Source: Heteronotia binoei (taxonomy: Eukaryota). From it: a DNA stretch of 64,000 bases. The stretch's first letter is position 1; every line of letters begins with the position of its first letter. Location of the stretch: positions 34,596,001-34,660,000 of the forward strand of contig NC_083238.1 of assembly GCF_032191835.1 (NCBI RefSeq). Direction: 5' to 3'. The translations under genes were made by a program, and so were the position numbers. The notes beneath the pieces are model-generated. The model was not told the origin of the DNA. It worked only from the letters and a program-made list of their open reading frames with translations, and ran no database searches. Below are positions 26,440-38,017 of this stretch, piece after piece.

Positions 26440-26830
26440 TATACCCACACCAATCCAGGCAAGACAGAGATGATGTTGATGGCTAAGACTGAACTCTTGC
26501 AGGGTATGGAACTCCTTAACTTTGATAATGCAAAATTACCTCTAAAGCTGTTAGGAGTCTGTTGATGTTGAGCTCCCACCCTCCTGCTGGAGAAACAGGT
26601 TAATGTTGTGGCCAAAAGTGTGGTTTGTTCTGTTTATTTGGTGTGGCAAACGGCTTTCCATTTGGACTCCACTGATCTACCCATGCTGATTCCTACCACA
26701 GTAACTTTGAGGCTAGACTATTATGCCATGCTCTGCATGCGGCTGCCCTCGAAGATAACCTGGAAAGTGATACAGTATTCTTCAACTAATTTACGAGGAG
26801 CAGTTGGCCAGAATGTGCCAAGCACATGCA
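26440..26830 (+). mobile_element. Old L2 fragment
   Basis: Degenerate tagactatt..gggctgccctcgaagataacctggaaag L2 RT C-terminal pattern. Confidence 0.5.
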
Positions 26831-28273
26831 CTGGCTTCCTCTTTGTTTCCTAGCCCTATTCAAGGTGCTGATTATTACCTATTAAGACCTCATATAAGTA
26901 AGACAGCCCAGCTCTTCCAACAGAAGCTGATAAAGAGCTCCATTCTTCAGGTCAAAATCTTCTAAAGATACCAACATGTAGAAGATACAGTAATTGTCCT
27001 ATTAAATGCATTTTCCAAGTTGGTGACTGGCTTGGCTTGGCAAAGTTTTCTTCACTGGTTCATGAATTAGGGAATGACCTTCATGAATGTGTCTGGAAGA
27101 GCCCCCAAGTTGCTGGCATTCTAGGGCAAAATCTGTAGGTAGTTTCAGCACCAATGTATCCACCTCATTTTGTCTGCATTTATTTACCACTTGCAATGAT
27201 ATAAAGCCATGAAGTTCGTTTGAACAGACCCTGCTAAATTTTTCCAAAGCAGCTACTGCTTAGCTAGAAGTTAGAGAGCAATTCTAAGGAGGTCAACTCA
27301 GAAGTCTACTCAATGGGGGTTTAATCCCAGGAAAATGTTCTTAAGGACTGAGCTGTTAGGCAACAAGAAGCTCATGTGGTAGCTTAACCATCACCCTCAA
27401 AGCCACTTTTAACATGAATTTTTTGTTCAAGAAAATTCTGCATTAACCTGTTACAAACAAGGCTGCAGTCAGTTGTCACAAAAAAGCATTTGGTTCTGCC
27501 GGGCATGAAGCTGGCAAATGCCTGTACCTAGATACCTCCCTTCCTCTTCCCATTGTATGTGGAGAATGACAAAGTTTGCTGGTTTTGAAAGTCCCAACTA
27601 AATCCAATATATTGTGGCATCTGAATGTAAGCGTTGGACCAAACTGAATTCCTTTCTTCCTCAAAAACTAGAGTTCTACGCGAATGCAATCTGTTTCATT
27701 CCACCAAGTGAAATTTCAAATTTCAATTTGTCCCCAGCACTGGCCATGACATGTCAAAGAACCAGAGTTACGTCAAACACTTCAGCGGTGCTCCATAGGC
27801 AGGAAGTATGCGAACACCACCATTAGCCAAACTTGTACACAGCACAAACACCCAGGTTTGTATGTCATGTCAGAAAGGAACTGGATCTTACAGTAAAAAT
27901 GTTAATTAGAATCCTGCATACAATTACATGGCAATACCGCTGAACTCTGAACAAGTGTGAAATTCTGGCAATACCGCTGAACTCAGAAATACTGTGAAAT
28001 TCAACAACTATTTTGTACTACAAGAAGTCTAATGTACTATCAGTGCTAGTAAGGCCATCATGTGTGAAAGATTAAGCTGACATCTTCACTTTCAGCCTTT
28101 CCAGGGGAAGGGGACAGATGGAAAGGAATCCCTGCACTTGCTGGGGTTGCCGATATTTGACGGCTGGGGGAAAAAGTTATTGTTCACACTGCTGGGGGGG
28201 AAGTTAATTGCCTTTAATGCTTTTTAGTTCTACTACTGGCTTTTCAAGGTTTCTACTACTGGCTTTTCAAGGT

Positions 28274-28566
28274 AGAGCCAGTTTGGTGTAGTGGTTAAGT
28301 GTGCGGACTCTTATCTGGGAGAACCAGGTTTGATTCCCCACTCCTGCACTTGCACCTGCTGGAATGGCCTTGGGTCAGCCATAGCTCTGGCAGAGGTTGT
28401 CCTTGAAAGGGCAGCTGCTGTGAGAGCCCTCTCCAGCCCCACCCACCTCACAGGGGGTCTGTTGTGAGGGGAGAAGACATAGGAGATTGTAAGCTGCTCT
28501 GAGTCTCTGATTCAGGGAGAAGGGCGGGATATAAATCTGCAATTCTTCTTCTTATTCTTCTTCTTC
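28274..28566 (+). mobile_element. Squam3-like SINE, full length
   Basis: agagccagtttggtgtagtggttaag head (A box), ggtttgattcc B box, (TTC)n tail. Confidence 0.9.
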
Positions 28567-28660
28567 ATTGTTACTGTATCTTATGTGGTTTTTTGTATTT
28601 TAATTTTCTCCCCCATGTTAGCTTTGTTATTGTCAGGCAGAGAGGTAGCATATTCTAAAT

Positions 28661-28930
28661 CAGGGGTGGTCAAACTGTGGCTCTTTCATATGTATTGTGT
28701 GGCTTTTGAGGCCCTCACTGCCCCATTGGCCAGCTTGGAGAAGGCATTTATCTCTTTAAATCACTTCTCCAGCTGGCAGTTTGGAGAATGCATTTAATGT
28801 TAAAGTTGCTTTCTTTCTACCTCTACCTCCATCTATTTTCCTTCTTTTCTTCCTTTCTTGTCTTGCGGCTCACAAACATCTGATGTTTATTCTGTGTGGC
28901 TCTTACATTAAGCAAGTTTGGCCATCCCTG
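28661..28930. mobile_element. hAT (Charlie/Buster-type) MITE with TSD TTCTAAAT
   Basis: TIR caggggtggtcaaact / agtttggccatccctg; identical 8-bp TSD at 28653-28660 and 28931-28938. Partial copy at ~25896-26060. Confidence 0.9.
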
Positions 28931-29794
28931 TTCTAAATAAAAAATTAATCTGATCTTTTATCATGCCATCTATCAGAGGAAAACAGATATCATTCTGCAT
29001 CAATAGCATAAACAGTTTTGACAAATAGCAGTACTCTTTGTAGATGAACAAATATCAAGATTCCAAAGTTTAGATCCTATCTGTGTATATCCCAAAGAAG
29101 CTTTCTTACCTGAAGTCTCTCACAATTTTTCTTAGAAAGAAAAAGGCACAGAGTTGCATTTTGGTTAGTGGAATGATTGCTGTATTTTTAGCCTATAAAA
29201 CATCTCAAAAAGGACTGTGTTAAATTAAAGTTGACAATCTGTCTTTGAACTCCCCATTTTTAAACAAGTCAGTTTTACTAGCTTTCCTGCCCCAGGGAAA
29301 AGAGTGAACTAACTTAATGAACAAAGGAGGAACTGCAACCTTGCCTCAACCCAATGACCTGCTTGAAACAATGAAATTTAACCACCCTGGGATCCAGATC
29401 CTCTTTCAGGGTAAAGGCTGGATTTTATACATTTTGGTCAGAAGAACCCCAGTGCTGTGTCAAGAAGCCAAAGGGAACAAGACAGAACTGCAGACCTTCC
29501 TTTACAGAAGTAAAGGGTGTGAATTAAGATATAAGGAGTAAGGTTGCTGCACACGTACGTGGCAAGAGAGAGAGGGTCCTCCAAGCTTGTGAGCTCCCAA
29601 GTCATGACCAACACACACACACACACAAAGAATATGTAATCCCCAGAAAAACAAGACAAAAACAAGAAGAAGCATCCCCTCTCCCCATGTATAACACATA
29701 ATGAGTAGCTATAACATGGGAGGGGGGACATTTCTAATCACCATAACAAACTGCTATCATTAACTCAATGGCAACTTAGTGGATCTATACATGC

Positions 29795-29965
29795 CGTCAA
29801 CCATTTGGCTCTCGTGCAGTTTATCTTCCCCAGACTCTGGTGATTCTGCAGTTTTCTGCAACTCTGTAGGCTGCTTCTTTTCAGCGCTGTAATCGAGGAG
29901 TCGTGGAGCTTGCGGCCTTGTTTTTCTTGCAGGATTCAGGAAAAAGCAGTAGGCACATCTGAATG
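29795..29965 (-). CDS. LNPK: Lunapark exon (AFRCAYCFFLNPARKTRPQAPRL...SQMVD), phase 1-1, probable GC donor
   Basis: tttttgtgcag acceptor; second CxxC plus LNPARK motif in ORF 29760..30092. The 3' boundary is inferred from phase (G|gcatgt). Confidence 0.9.
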
Positions 29966-32900
29966 CTGCACAAAAAAGTTTCACACAAATACATCCAGTA
30001 AGCTCATTGAACAGAAATGGCTCCTGAGCCTTAGTATGCCTTTCTATGATATTAAAGATCTTTTTCAGTACCTGGAAAATGATAACAGGCAACTAAAAAA
30101 GCTTTATCCTGATATTTTAAAAGTAACGGTCACTGAACTTATCTTCCCCTCCCCTCTCCATTATTAGCTATTTACTGTGTTTTCAGTTTAAACAACACTA
30201 AAAACCTTATGTGGCAACCTCCCCCCAAAAGAGTTATATATTTTTACAACTCTCTACTCAAATGATAGATTGCTGTTGCATATTTTCAAACACCTTTTGA
30301 GTCTGCGGCTCAGGTTGGTACAACTGCTCTTTTCTTTCATGTTAATAAACGTCCAGTGTATGGAAAGGTCAGGAATGTAATTACACCTCAAGGCAACATT
30401 TTTCAGACTTTTGGAATTAGGAACCTTCCCTACTGAACTTACTAGGCATCCGGGTTTCCCTCCTCTGCCACATCCAATCTAGGGTTAGCCATCCATTTAG
30501 CATGTAAGTATATCTACATGAGTGTAGGTCATTGCTGTGGGGATGGAACAAAATATTGGAACACCAAAAAGAAAAAAAAATCAGATTTTTCCTTTTGTCA
30601 GCAGCTCTCCAGCATTTGGCTCCTCTTGCCCTTCCTGGAATCTCTTAGGAGAGCAGGAACAGGTGTAAAAGCTTCTGCACCTGGAGGTGTCTGGGGCTTG
30701 TTTGTTTCTGAAACAATTTCCTCTTTAAACCCTTCCCCTTCCTTCCTGGAATTTCAATGGGAATACTGCAATGGCAGCAGTTGTGGCAGAGAACATGCAC
30801 AACCCAGAGTAAAAATTGTGAGATATGGTGATTGGCTGTGTATTTGCTGGAAGCAACAAGCATCAGCTGGTTTCTACAGGTCAACAACATGTGTAGGACA
30901 GAAACAGAGAAACTAATTTTCTCTTGCTAGGAGTATTCAGAAACAAATGGATAATCTTGTAAGACAATTTTACAGCAAAAATTTGCACTCTGCTCTTAAA
31001 AAGAAAAACCTTATAGTCATGTGGAACGCCAAACCATGATTCAGTATTATTACATACTGATTTCTTCCCTCATCCTCAAGCTCTCCCCGCCCTTGTACTT
31101 TGTTTGGGAACCCACTTCCTGTTGGAAAGGCAAAACAAGCTACAGTTTGCTGTGAAAGAGGAAATGCAGGAAGGCAGATCATGAGACCAAACTTCTCTGT
31201 AGAATCTGGTCTATGAACCAGCTCTTATTGAAAAACTGATCTGATATTTTCAAATATGCCTATGATGTCTGAATTTTTTTTTATTCCAGGAAGAAAATGT
31301 TCACAGAAGCTTCTTTGTCCTTCATCAGCCTTCTTCACTGACTGCATTTGTACAACGGAAAACATGTGCACTTATTTTAGCATTTTGTTTCCCTATAGGT
31401 AGTTTGACTCCATATACATCGTAGGGGTTGGGGGATATTCAAAATCTTTATGAATGGCACAAAAATTTAAGGATTGCAGCACATCATTCTGCAAATATTC
31501 ACATCTGTGACTGAACACTGCTATTATACTTCTATAGCCTTCTTTAAGCAGATGTAATCAAAGAAGGTTTACATATCTCCCAGGGAAATAAATAGTTTGG
31601 AACATCACACTCTCATCATCTCGAAAATATTCCTAACCCTTAAAAGACCAAAGTTGTCACACCATAACACCAAACAATGGTGTATTAACTTTGGGCTAAC
31701 TATCCAAAATAAGCCTCCTGTCATTTACATGTACAATATGGCTTCTGATTTCTAATGAATGTACGTCAAGCTGAAGAAACCCATTCAGAAGGGCTTAGGT
31801 TGAATCTTTAGCACACACTCACTGCTGGGAAAATATTTCAGCAAAAATGTCTTATTACAAGAACATGTTAAATGCACTGGCTATTTAAATATTTCCCGAA
31901 TAATGGATATGTCCTGAGCCAAGCAAATGGGCAGACACACTTACATGAAACAGAAAAGAGCAATGGTCTGGGATAATTTCTTTCCCATTACTTTGTTTGC
32001 TGAAAAGATGAAAAATACACAGCTGTGCTCAATGATGAGTGGAATCTGTCTTAAGTTACTGTCAGCCATAAAACTAAAGAATAACCCCGGGAGTTTGTTT
32101 CCATTCCCTGATGCCTCCCAGAGATTTTTGCCATGAGAGCAAATTTTTGTTAAAGATCTGGTAAAGTGAAAAGTCTTGAAACTTGGAGAGGCTCTAGAGA
32201 GAAAACTGTCCAGGGCTCTGCTCTCAAGCCCAGAACAATCCTAGTTTCTGCAGCCCACTCTTCATGGAGCTTTGCACAGATTTCTTGACCCAGACATTAC
32301 AGAACTTTAAAAACTTCAGAATACATTCTGTGTTATCTATAAATGGAACTCATGAAGCAATGGATAAAAAAGGACAACAATCCATTACAAAGACAAGCAA
32401 TACTAAACCTTGATCCCTGCGCTCATTCAACTTCCATGTTATTGGTTTCTCCTTTCCTACTTGCAAGCACTTTGGTGGGCACAGTCAGCCAGCCTTATGC
32501 CAGACTCACAGCTCTGCAAGCCTAGGCTCAGGGCTATTTGCAAAATAATAGAAGGCAAGATGGCAGAAGGATGGGTGGGAGCAGAAACACCCAGAAGAGT
32601 CCATTAGAGAGGCCAGCCTTCAAGGCATTGCCATCAACTCACAGAGAAGGCTGTTGGCAGAATGAAATCCAGGGTAAAAAAAATGATTCAGTCAAGCATG
32701 GAAGGCTGTTAAAGACTATCATTGAACAGCTTTCAGTCAAATCGAGGTGCTTTGACTTACATCTCTCACCAAGCTTGGGAACATTTCATAAAAATGTTTC
32801 CTGTTATTATCCTGCTTGATATCAGAGCTGCCCTGATTTTTATCCAAACATGATCAGTACACAGATCTTCAGGTGCTGTGGCTTTGCTGTAAACCCCGAG

Positions 32901-33678
32901 CCTTGGCTCTCTTGCTGCACTTGGCCCTCTATCTATGGCTGCTTCTATGCACTTCTCTCTGGATCTCTTCTCCTTGGATTTCACTGGAACATTTGTTTAA
33001 TCCCTGCTTAGCCCTGGAAAGCTCTCTTCAGAGAATGACAAACCTCCTAGTTTGTGTAAATCAAAAGGCTATCAAGTTCCAGGCACTTGGCATTTCCCAG
33101 AAGAACCCCATTCAGAAGACAAAACATAAGCTTCTGGTATTCCTACTGCTTGCACAGTCTCCTTCCTCATCCAATCATCTTGTATCCACTCACATTCACA
33201 AAGAATGTGTCTTCAGAATAGGTACAGTATTGTGGGCATCCTAGTATTTGGTGCTGATTACATGCTAAATATAACTCCCAATGAGTATTTTTATGTCTTT
33301 TCAAACTCTATTTCAAGATCCCCAGTCTCAATTCAAACCTTGCTTAGGAGGCAAAGTTTGTTCAGCAACTCTCATCCACGCTCCAGGTGTTAAAATTAAC
33401 ACCTGCAGCTCCTTTAGAGCAGGAGTGAGAGGTGGTGGAAGAGGTCTCTGTCTTAAGTGTGGTTACCCCAAAGTGAATGAGACTCATGTAAGCAACAGGC
33501 TCTATTCGCATGGATCCTTATCTACTGCAAATGTGCCTTCCAGACCACATATGGGCATGAGCAAGCTTACTCTGTGTTGGGCTGTGGCCTTCAAGTTATC
33601 ATACAATAGATTACTACATTCTGAAGATGCCTGAACAAACTCTTATGCAAGCAGCAGAATATACATGTTTGTGCTTAC

Positions 33679-33749
33679 CAATATATTCAAACTCTTCTTT
33701 CAGAGCCATTCCATTATGTGAGAAACATTGTTGGCATATAAGTGCATAT
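33679..33749 (-). CDS. LNPK: Lunapark zinc-finger exon (YALICQQCFSHNGMALKEEFEYI), phase 2-1
   Basis: cttctttag acceptor, gtaagc donor, 71 nt; first CxxC of the lunapark C4 zinc finger. Confidence 0.97.
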
Positions 33750-34566
33750 CTAAAGAAGAGATCAGACAATACCAACGTTGATTTAACTGTTTGATTTATC
33801 TATTAATTAAGTCATGCTGCTGGAGCACTTGAGAAGACTTAGAAAACAGCAAGAGGGCATTAACATTTAAGATTAAAGTAGTAAAGGTCATGCATTAATA
33901 GATATCACATTATTACAATTTCAAGCTGTCAGTTGAGTAATTCCAATGATATTATGACTTAGCTACTGAAGCCCCTATATTTGGTTTCAAGATGCATAAT
34001 TTTGTACTCTTATGATGTGATGCAACTAACTAGCATTGGTTTGGTAAGAGGGCAAGTAATGGAAATTTTAAAGACAATGTATGAAAATAAATTACATTTG
34101 CATAACTTCTCAAGCATGTCAACGATTTATAGGTTTTTATTTATTTTAATCTATTTACTTATTTCATTTGTTCTATTTATAGCACTCCCTCCCCTGCAAA
34201 ACAAGTCTCTGAAGCTTCAGCCACAATAGTCAGTACTCCAAAAGGCACTACGATAAGTCAACCCATTTAAGTTTATAGTAAGTGCTTCACAAGAGTTTAA
34301 AATAACTTAAATAAAATAGTTTATCTAAATTATCAGAAAGATAAACTAAGGGCCCCTTCTAACATTACCTTCATCACTCACCCTATTTTCTGGAAGGAAA
34401 TATACTATTGTGGGGAAAAGCCACTGTAGTATGGACTCCTCCCAGGCAGCATTGGATTTCTGATGGGATACTAGAAAGAGTCACAATGATAACCTGAGAA
34501 GAGCCCCTGAATTTGATGATTTACCAGAGTGAGTGACTTTATTTACCAGAGTGAGTGACATTTTAC

Positions 34567-34672
34567 CTGTTTTGTGGACCATCTCCAACCAGATATTCAA
34601 CAATTCTATCCAAGGCTCCTCTCTCTCGAGGAAGAATCGGTCTTGCCAATGGAGGCCCTGGAGGATGAAGAC
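34567..34672 (-). CDS. LNPK: Lunapark exon (GLHPPGPPLARPILPRERGALDRIVEYLVGDGPQNR), phase 1-2
   Basis: tcctctag acceptor, gtaaaa donor, 106 nt; highly conserved LNPK segment. Confidence 0.97.
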
Positions 34673-34996
34673 CTAGAGGATTAATAGACTGCTGTCAATT
34701 TCATCTACTCAGTTAATAAAGAATGTGCATAATACATTTCCTACCTTTCTATATTAAAGATTTAAAATGAGAAGAAATGACCCAAATATATATTGTTTTT
34801 GTTTGAACTTCAACCCTATTGTCAAATTAAAGTCCAGTTTCTAGCGCTTAATTTTTACACTAATGAACCACAAGGAATATAGCAGGGACATTATTACCTT
34901 GTATGAAAAGAGAGCTGGAAAATTCTCTCACTCTCTGTGGTTATTTATGGGTACTATTTTAATGCTGTCATGTCCTCTTTAAACTATAAAACTTAA

Positions 34997-36600
34997 ACAT
35001 AAGAACATAAGAGAAGCCATGTTGGATCAGGCCAATGGCCCATCCAGTCCAACACTCTGAGTCNNNNNNNNNNNNNNNNNNNNNNNNNNNNNNNNNNNNN
35101 NNNNNNNNNNNNNNNNNNNNNNNNNNNNNNNNNNNNNNNNNNNNNNNNNNNNNNNNNNNNNNNNNNNNNNNNNNNNNNNNNNNNNNNNNNNNNNNNNNNN
35201 NNNNNNNNNNNNNNNNACTGATGGACCTCTGCTCCATATTTTTATCTAACCCCCTCTTGAAACTGGCTATGCTTGTAGCCACCACCACCTCCTGTGGCAG
35301 TGAATTCCACATGTTAATCACCCTTTGGGTGAAGAAGTACCTCCTTTTATCCGTTCTAACCCGACTGCTCAGCAATTTCATTGAATGCCCACGAGTTCTT
35401 GTATTGTGGGAAAGGGAGAAAAGTACTTCTTTCTCCACCTTCTCCATCCCATGCATAATCTTGTAAACCTCTATGTCACCCCGCAGTCGACGTTTCTCCA
35501 CGCTAAAGAGCCCCAAGCGTTTTAACCTTTCTTCATAGGGAAAGTGTTCCAAACCCTTAATCATTCTAGTTGCCCTTTTCTGCACTTTTTCCAATGCTAT
35601 AATATCCTTTTTGAGGTGTGGTGACCAGAATTGCACAAAGTATTCCAAATGAGACCGCACCATCGATTTATACAGGGGCATTATGATACTGGCTGATTTG
35701 TTTTCAGTTCCCTTCCTAATAATTCCCAGCATGGCATTGGCCTTTTTAATTGCAATCGCACACTGTCTTGACATTTTCAGTGAGTTATCTACCACGACCC
35801 CAAGATCTCTCTCTTGGTCAATCTCTGCCAGTTCACACCCCATCAACTTGTATTTGTAGCTGGGATTTTTGGCCCCAATCTGCATTACTTTGCACTTGGC
35901 CACAATGAACCTCATCTGCCACGTTGACGCTCACTCACCCAGCCTCAACAGATCCCTTTGGAGTGCTTCACAATCCTCTCTGGTTCTCACCACCCTCAAC
36001 AATTTAGTGTCATCTGCAAACTTGGCCACTTCACTGCTTACTCTCAACTCTAAATCATTTATGAACAAATTAAAGAGCATGGGACCCAGTACTGAGCCAT
36101 GTAGCACTCCACTGCTTACCGTCCTCCACTGTGAAGACTGCCCATTTATACTCACTCTCTGCTTCCTATTAATTAGCCAGTTTTTGATCCACAAGAGGAC
36201 CTGTCCTTTTACTCCATGACTCTCAAGCTTACTAAGGAGCCTTTGATGAGGAACTTTATCAAAAGCTTTCTGGAAGTCAAGGTAAACAATATCTATCGGG
36301 TCTCCTATGTCCACATGTTTGCTCACCCCCTCAAAGAAATGTAACAGGTTAGTGAGGCAAGATCTTCCCTTACAGAACCCATGCTGAGTCTTCCTCAATA
36401 ACTCGTGTTCATCAATGTGCCTACTCATTCTGTCGTTGATAATGGTTTCTACCAACTTTCCCGATATTGAAGTCAGACTGACTGGCCTGTAGTTTCCCGG
36501 ATCTCCTCTGGAACCCTTTTTAAAGATGGGGGAGACTTTTGCTGCCTTCCAGTCCTCAGGAACGGAGGCAGATTTCAATGAAAGATTACATATTTTTGTC
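34997..36600 (-). mobile_element. 5'-truncated CR1 LINE (RT), frameshifted, contains an assembly gap
   Basis: ORFs 35931..36650 and 34968..35915: GNYRPVSLTS, YLDFQKAFDKV, FADDTKL, LEKVQKRATRMIKG. Confidence 0.97.
35064..35216. other. Assembly gap (N run) inside CR1
   Basis: N run. Confidence 1.
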
Positions 36601-38017
36601 AGGAGGAACTTCATATTAAATGTGCCAAGTTTACTCAGCTTTTCTAACACGCATGCTCTCTGGATATTTCAGGCTACTGTACGTATCACACAACCAACCA
36701 CAAAAGTACACTTGGAGATTTTTACCACAAGAAAGTTTTTTATTAGGGAATAATGAATAACAGAAAAACAACAAAGAAGGAACAAATATACAAAATAAAA
36801 GAGGCTTCTGATTTTCTCTGTGACAAATACAAGCATAGTTACAAAGTTTTCTCTAACTCTATGGTTGCAAAGAAAGGCTCTCTTTTTTGTATTGTCAAAA
36901 TCCCTTATGCATCAAAACCACAAAGCATCAAGTCATTTTTGACTGTTTCATGACTTTTTATGAAAGGAATGAGGTACACTTGGATACAATTTTTGATGTT
37001 GCTAAACCTACAGTTTGTGAGTGACTCCATGTCACATGGGCAGAGTCTTCTGCCTCTTCAGGGTTGGCTGAACCTGGTTGATCCACAACTATCCAGTTTC
37101 CAGAGGGTAACAAGGTTTTATCTCACCTCCTACATTTTGCCAAACTATTGTATCCTATAGAACTTAATGGGAGGGCGCATGCCTATCTTTCTAGCCTCTT
37201 ACTCTGGGCTCATTTGGTTGGCTACACACACACAAAGATAGGGGGGGGGGGGAACCTGGTGGACCATCTAGAGCTTTCTTGTTGCTAGCATCCTTTGCAA
37301 AGAATGCTGGACTAGACAGATCTGAGCCAGCAAATCATTTCATAAGTTCTTAAGCAAGAGCTTATGCCTGCAGACCACTTAATATAGATTAGCTCTCAGT
37401 CAGCAAAAGGTTTCAAAAGAGAATATTCACATTATAAACATTTTATATAATTAGTAAGACTTAAATAATGGCCTGGCTCTTCCAAATACGATCTGAAAGT
37501 GTTTGAGGATCTTGCTTTGTCTCCTCCCAAAGCCCCCTACTGACCATCAAACAGCGGACACTGAGCCTCGAGGTAGCTTCATGGAAAACATCCCATGAGA
37601 CACGAGGGTCTGCAGTTGGGAGGAATCAAATGAAACCACTTCTCTTCCCTCTTGCATGAATGGAAACCTTGCTTCACCTTGCCAGCAGAAGAAGGGGTGA
37701 TTTTGCCCCACTGCAGTGTTCAGTGCTGTATGGTATCTTTGCCACTGAGGCTCCTCACAAATTCTAGCACTAGGGGAGGGGAGGGCAAGGGAGGAAGGAA
37801 ATATCTGCTCCAAGATCACATGCATGCTCTCAATCTGTAGGATCCAACCCAACAACCTTTATTTGAAAGCAAGCTCTATTGAAACTAACACAACACATTT
37901 CTAAGTAAGTACTTTTAGAATTGGAATGTCACTGACCAAACTTTTTTTGTTTTCTTCTGGTTTCTTTAAAAAAAACCCTGAAAACAAATGTTATTGTAAC
38001 TGATCTCCACTAGAGCT

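Noticed and set aside
35869-36219. Plus-strand ORFs over CR1 (also 46424..46714) and over LNPK exons (24455..24850, 47579..47875)
   Set aside because: Antisense shadows of real or TE reading frames.
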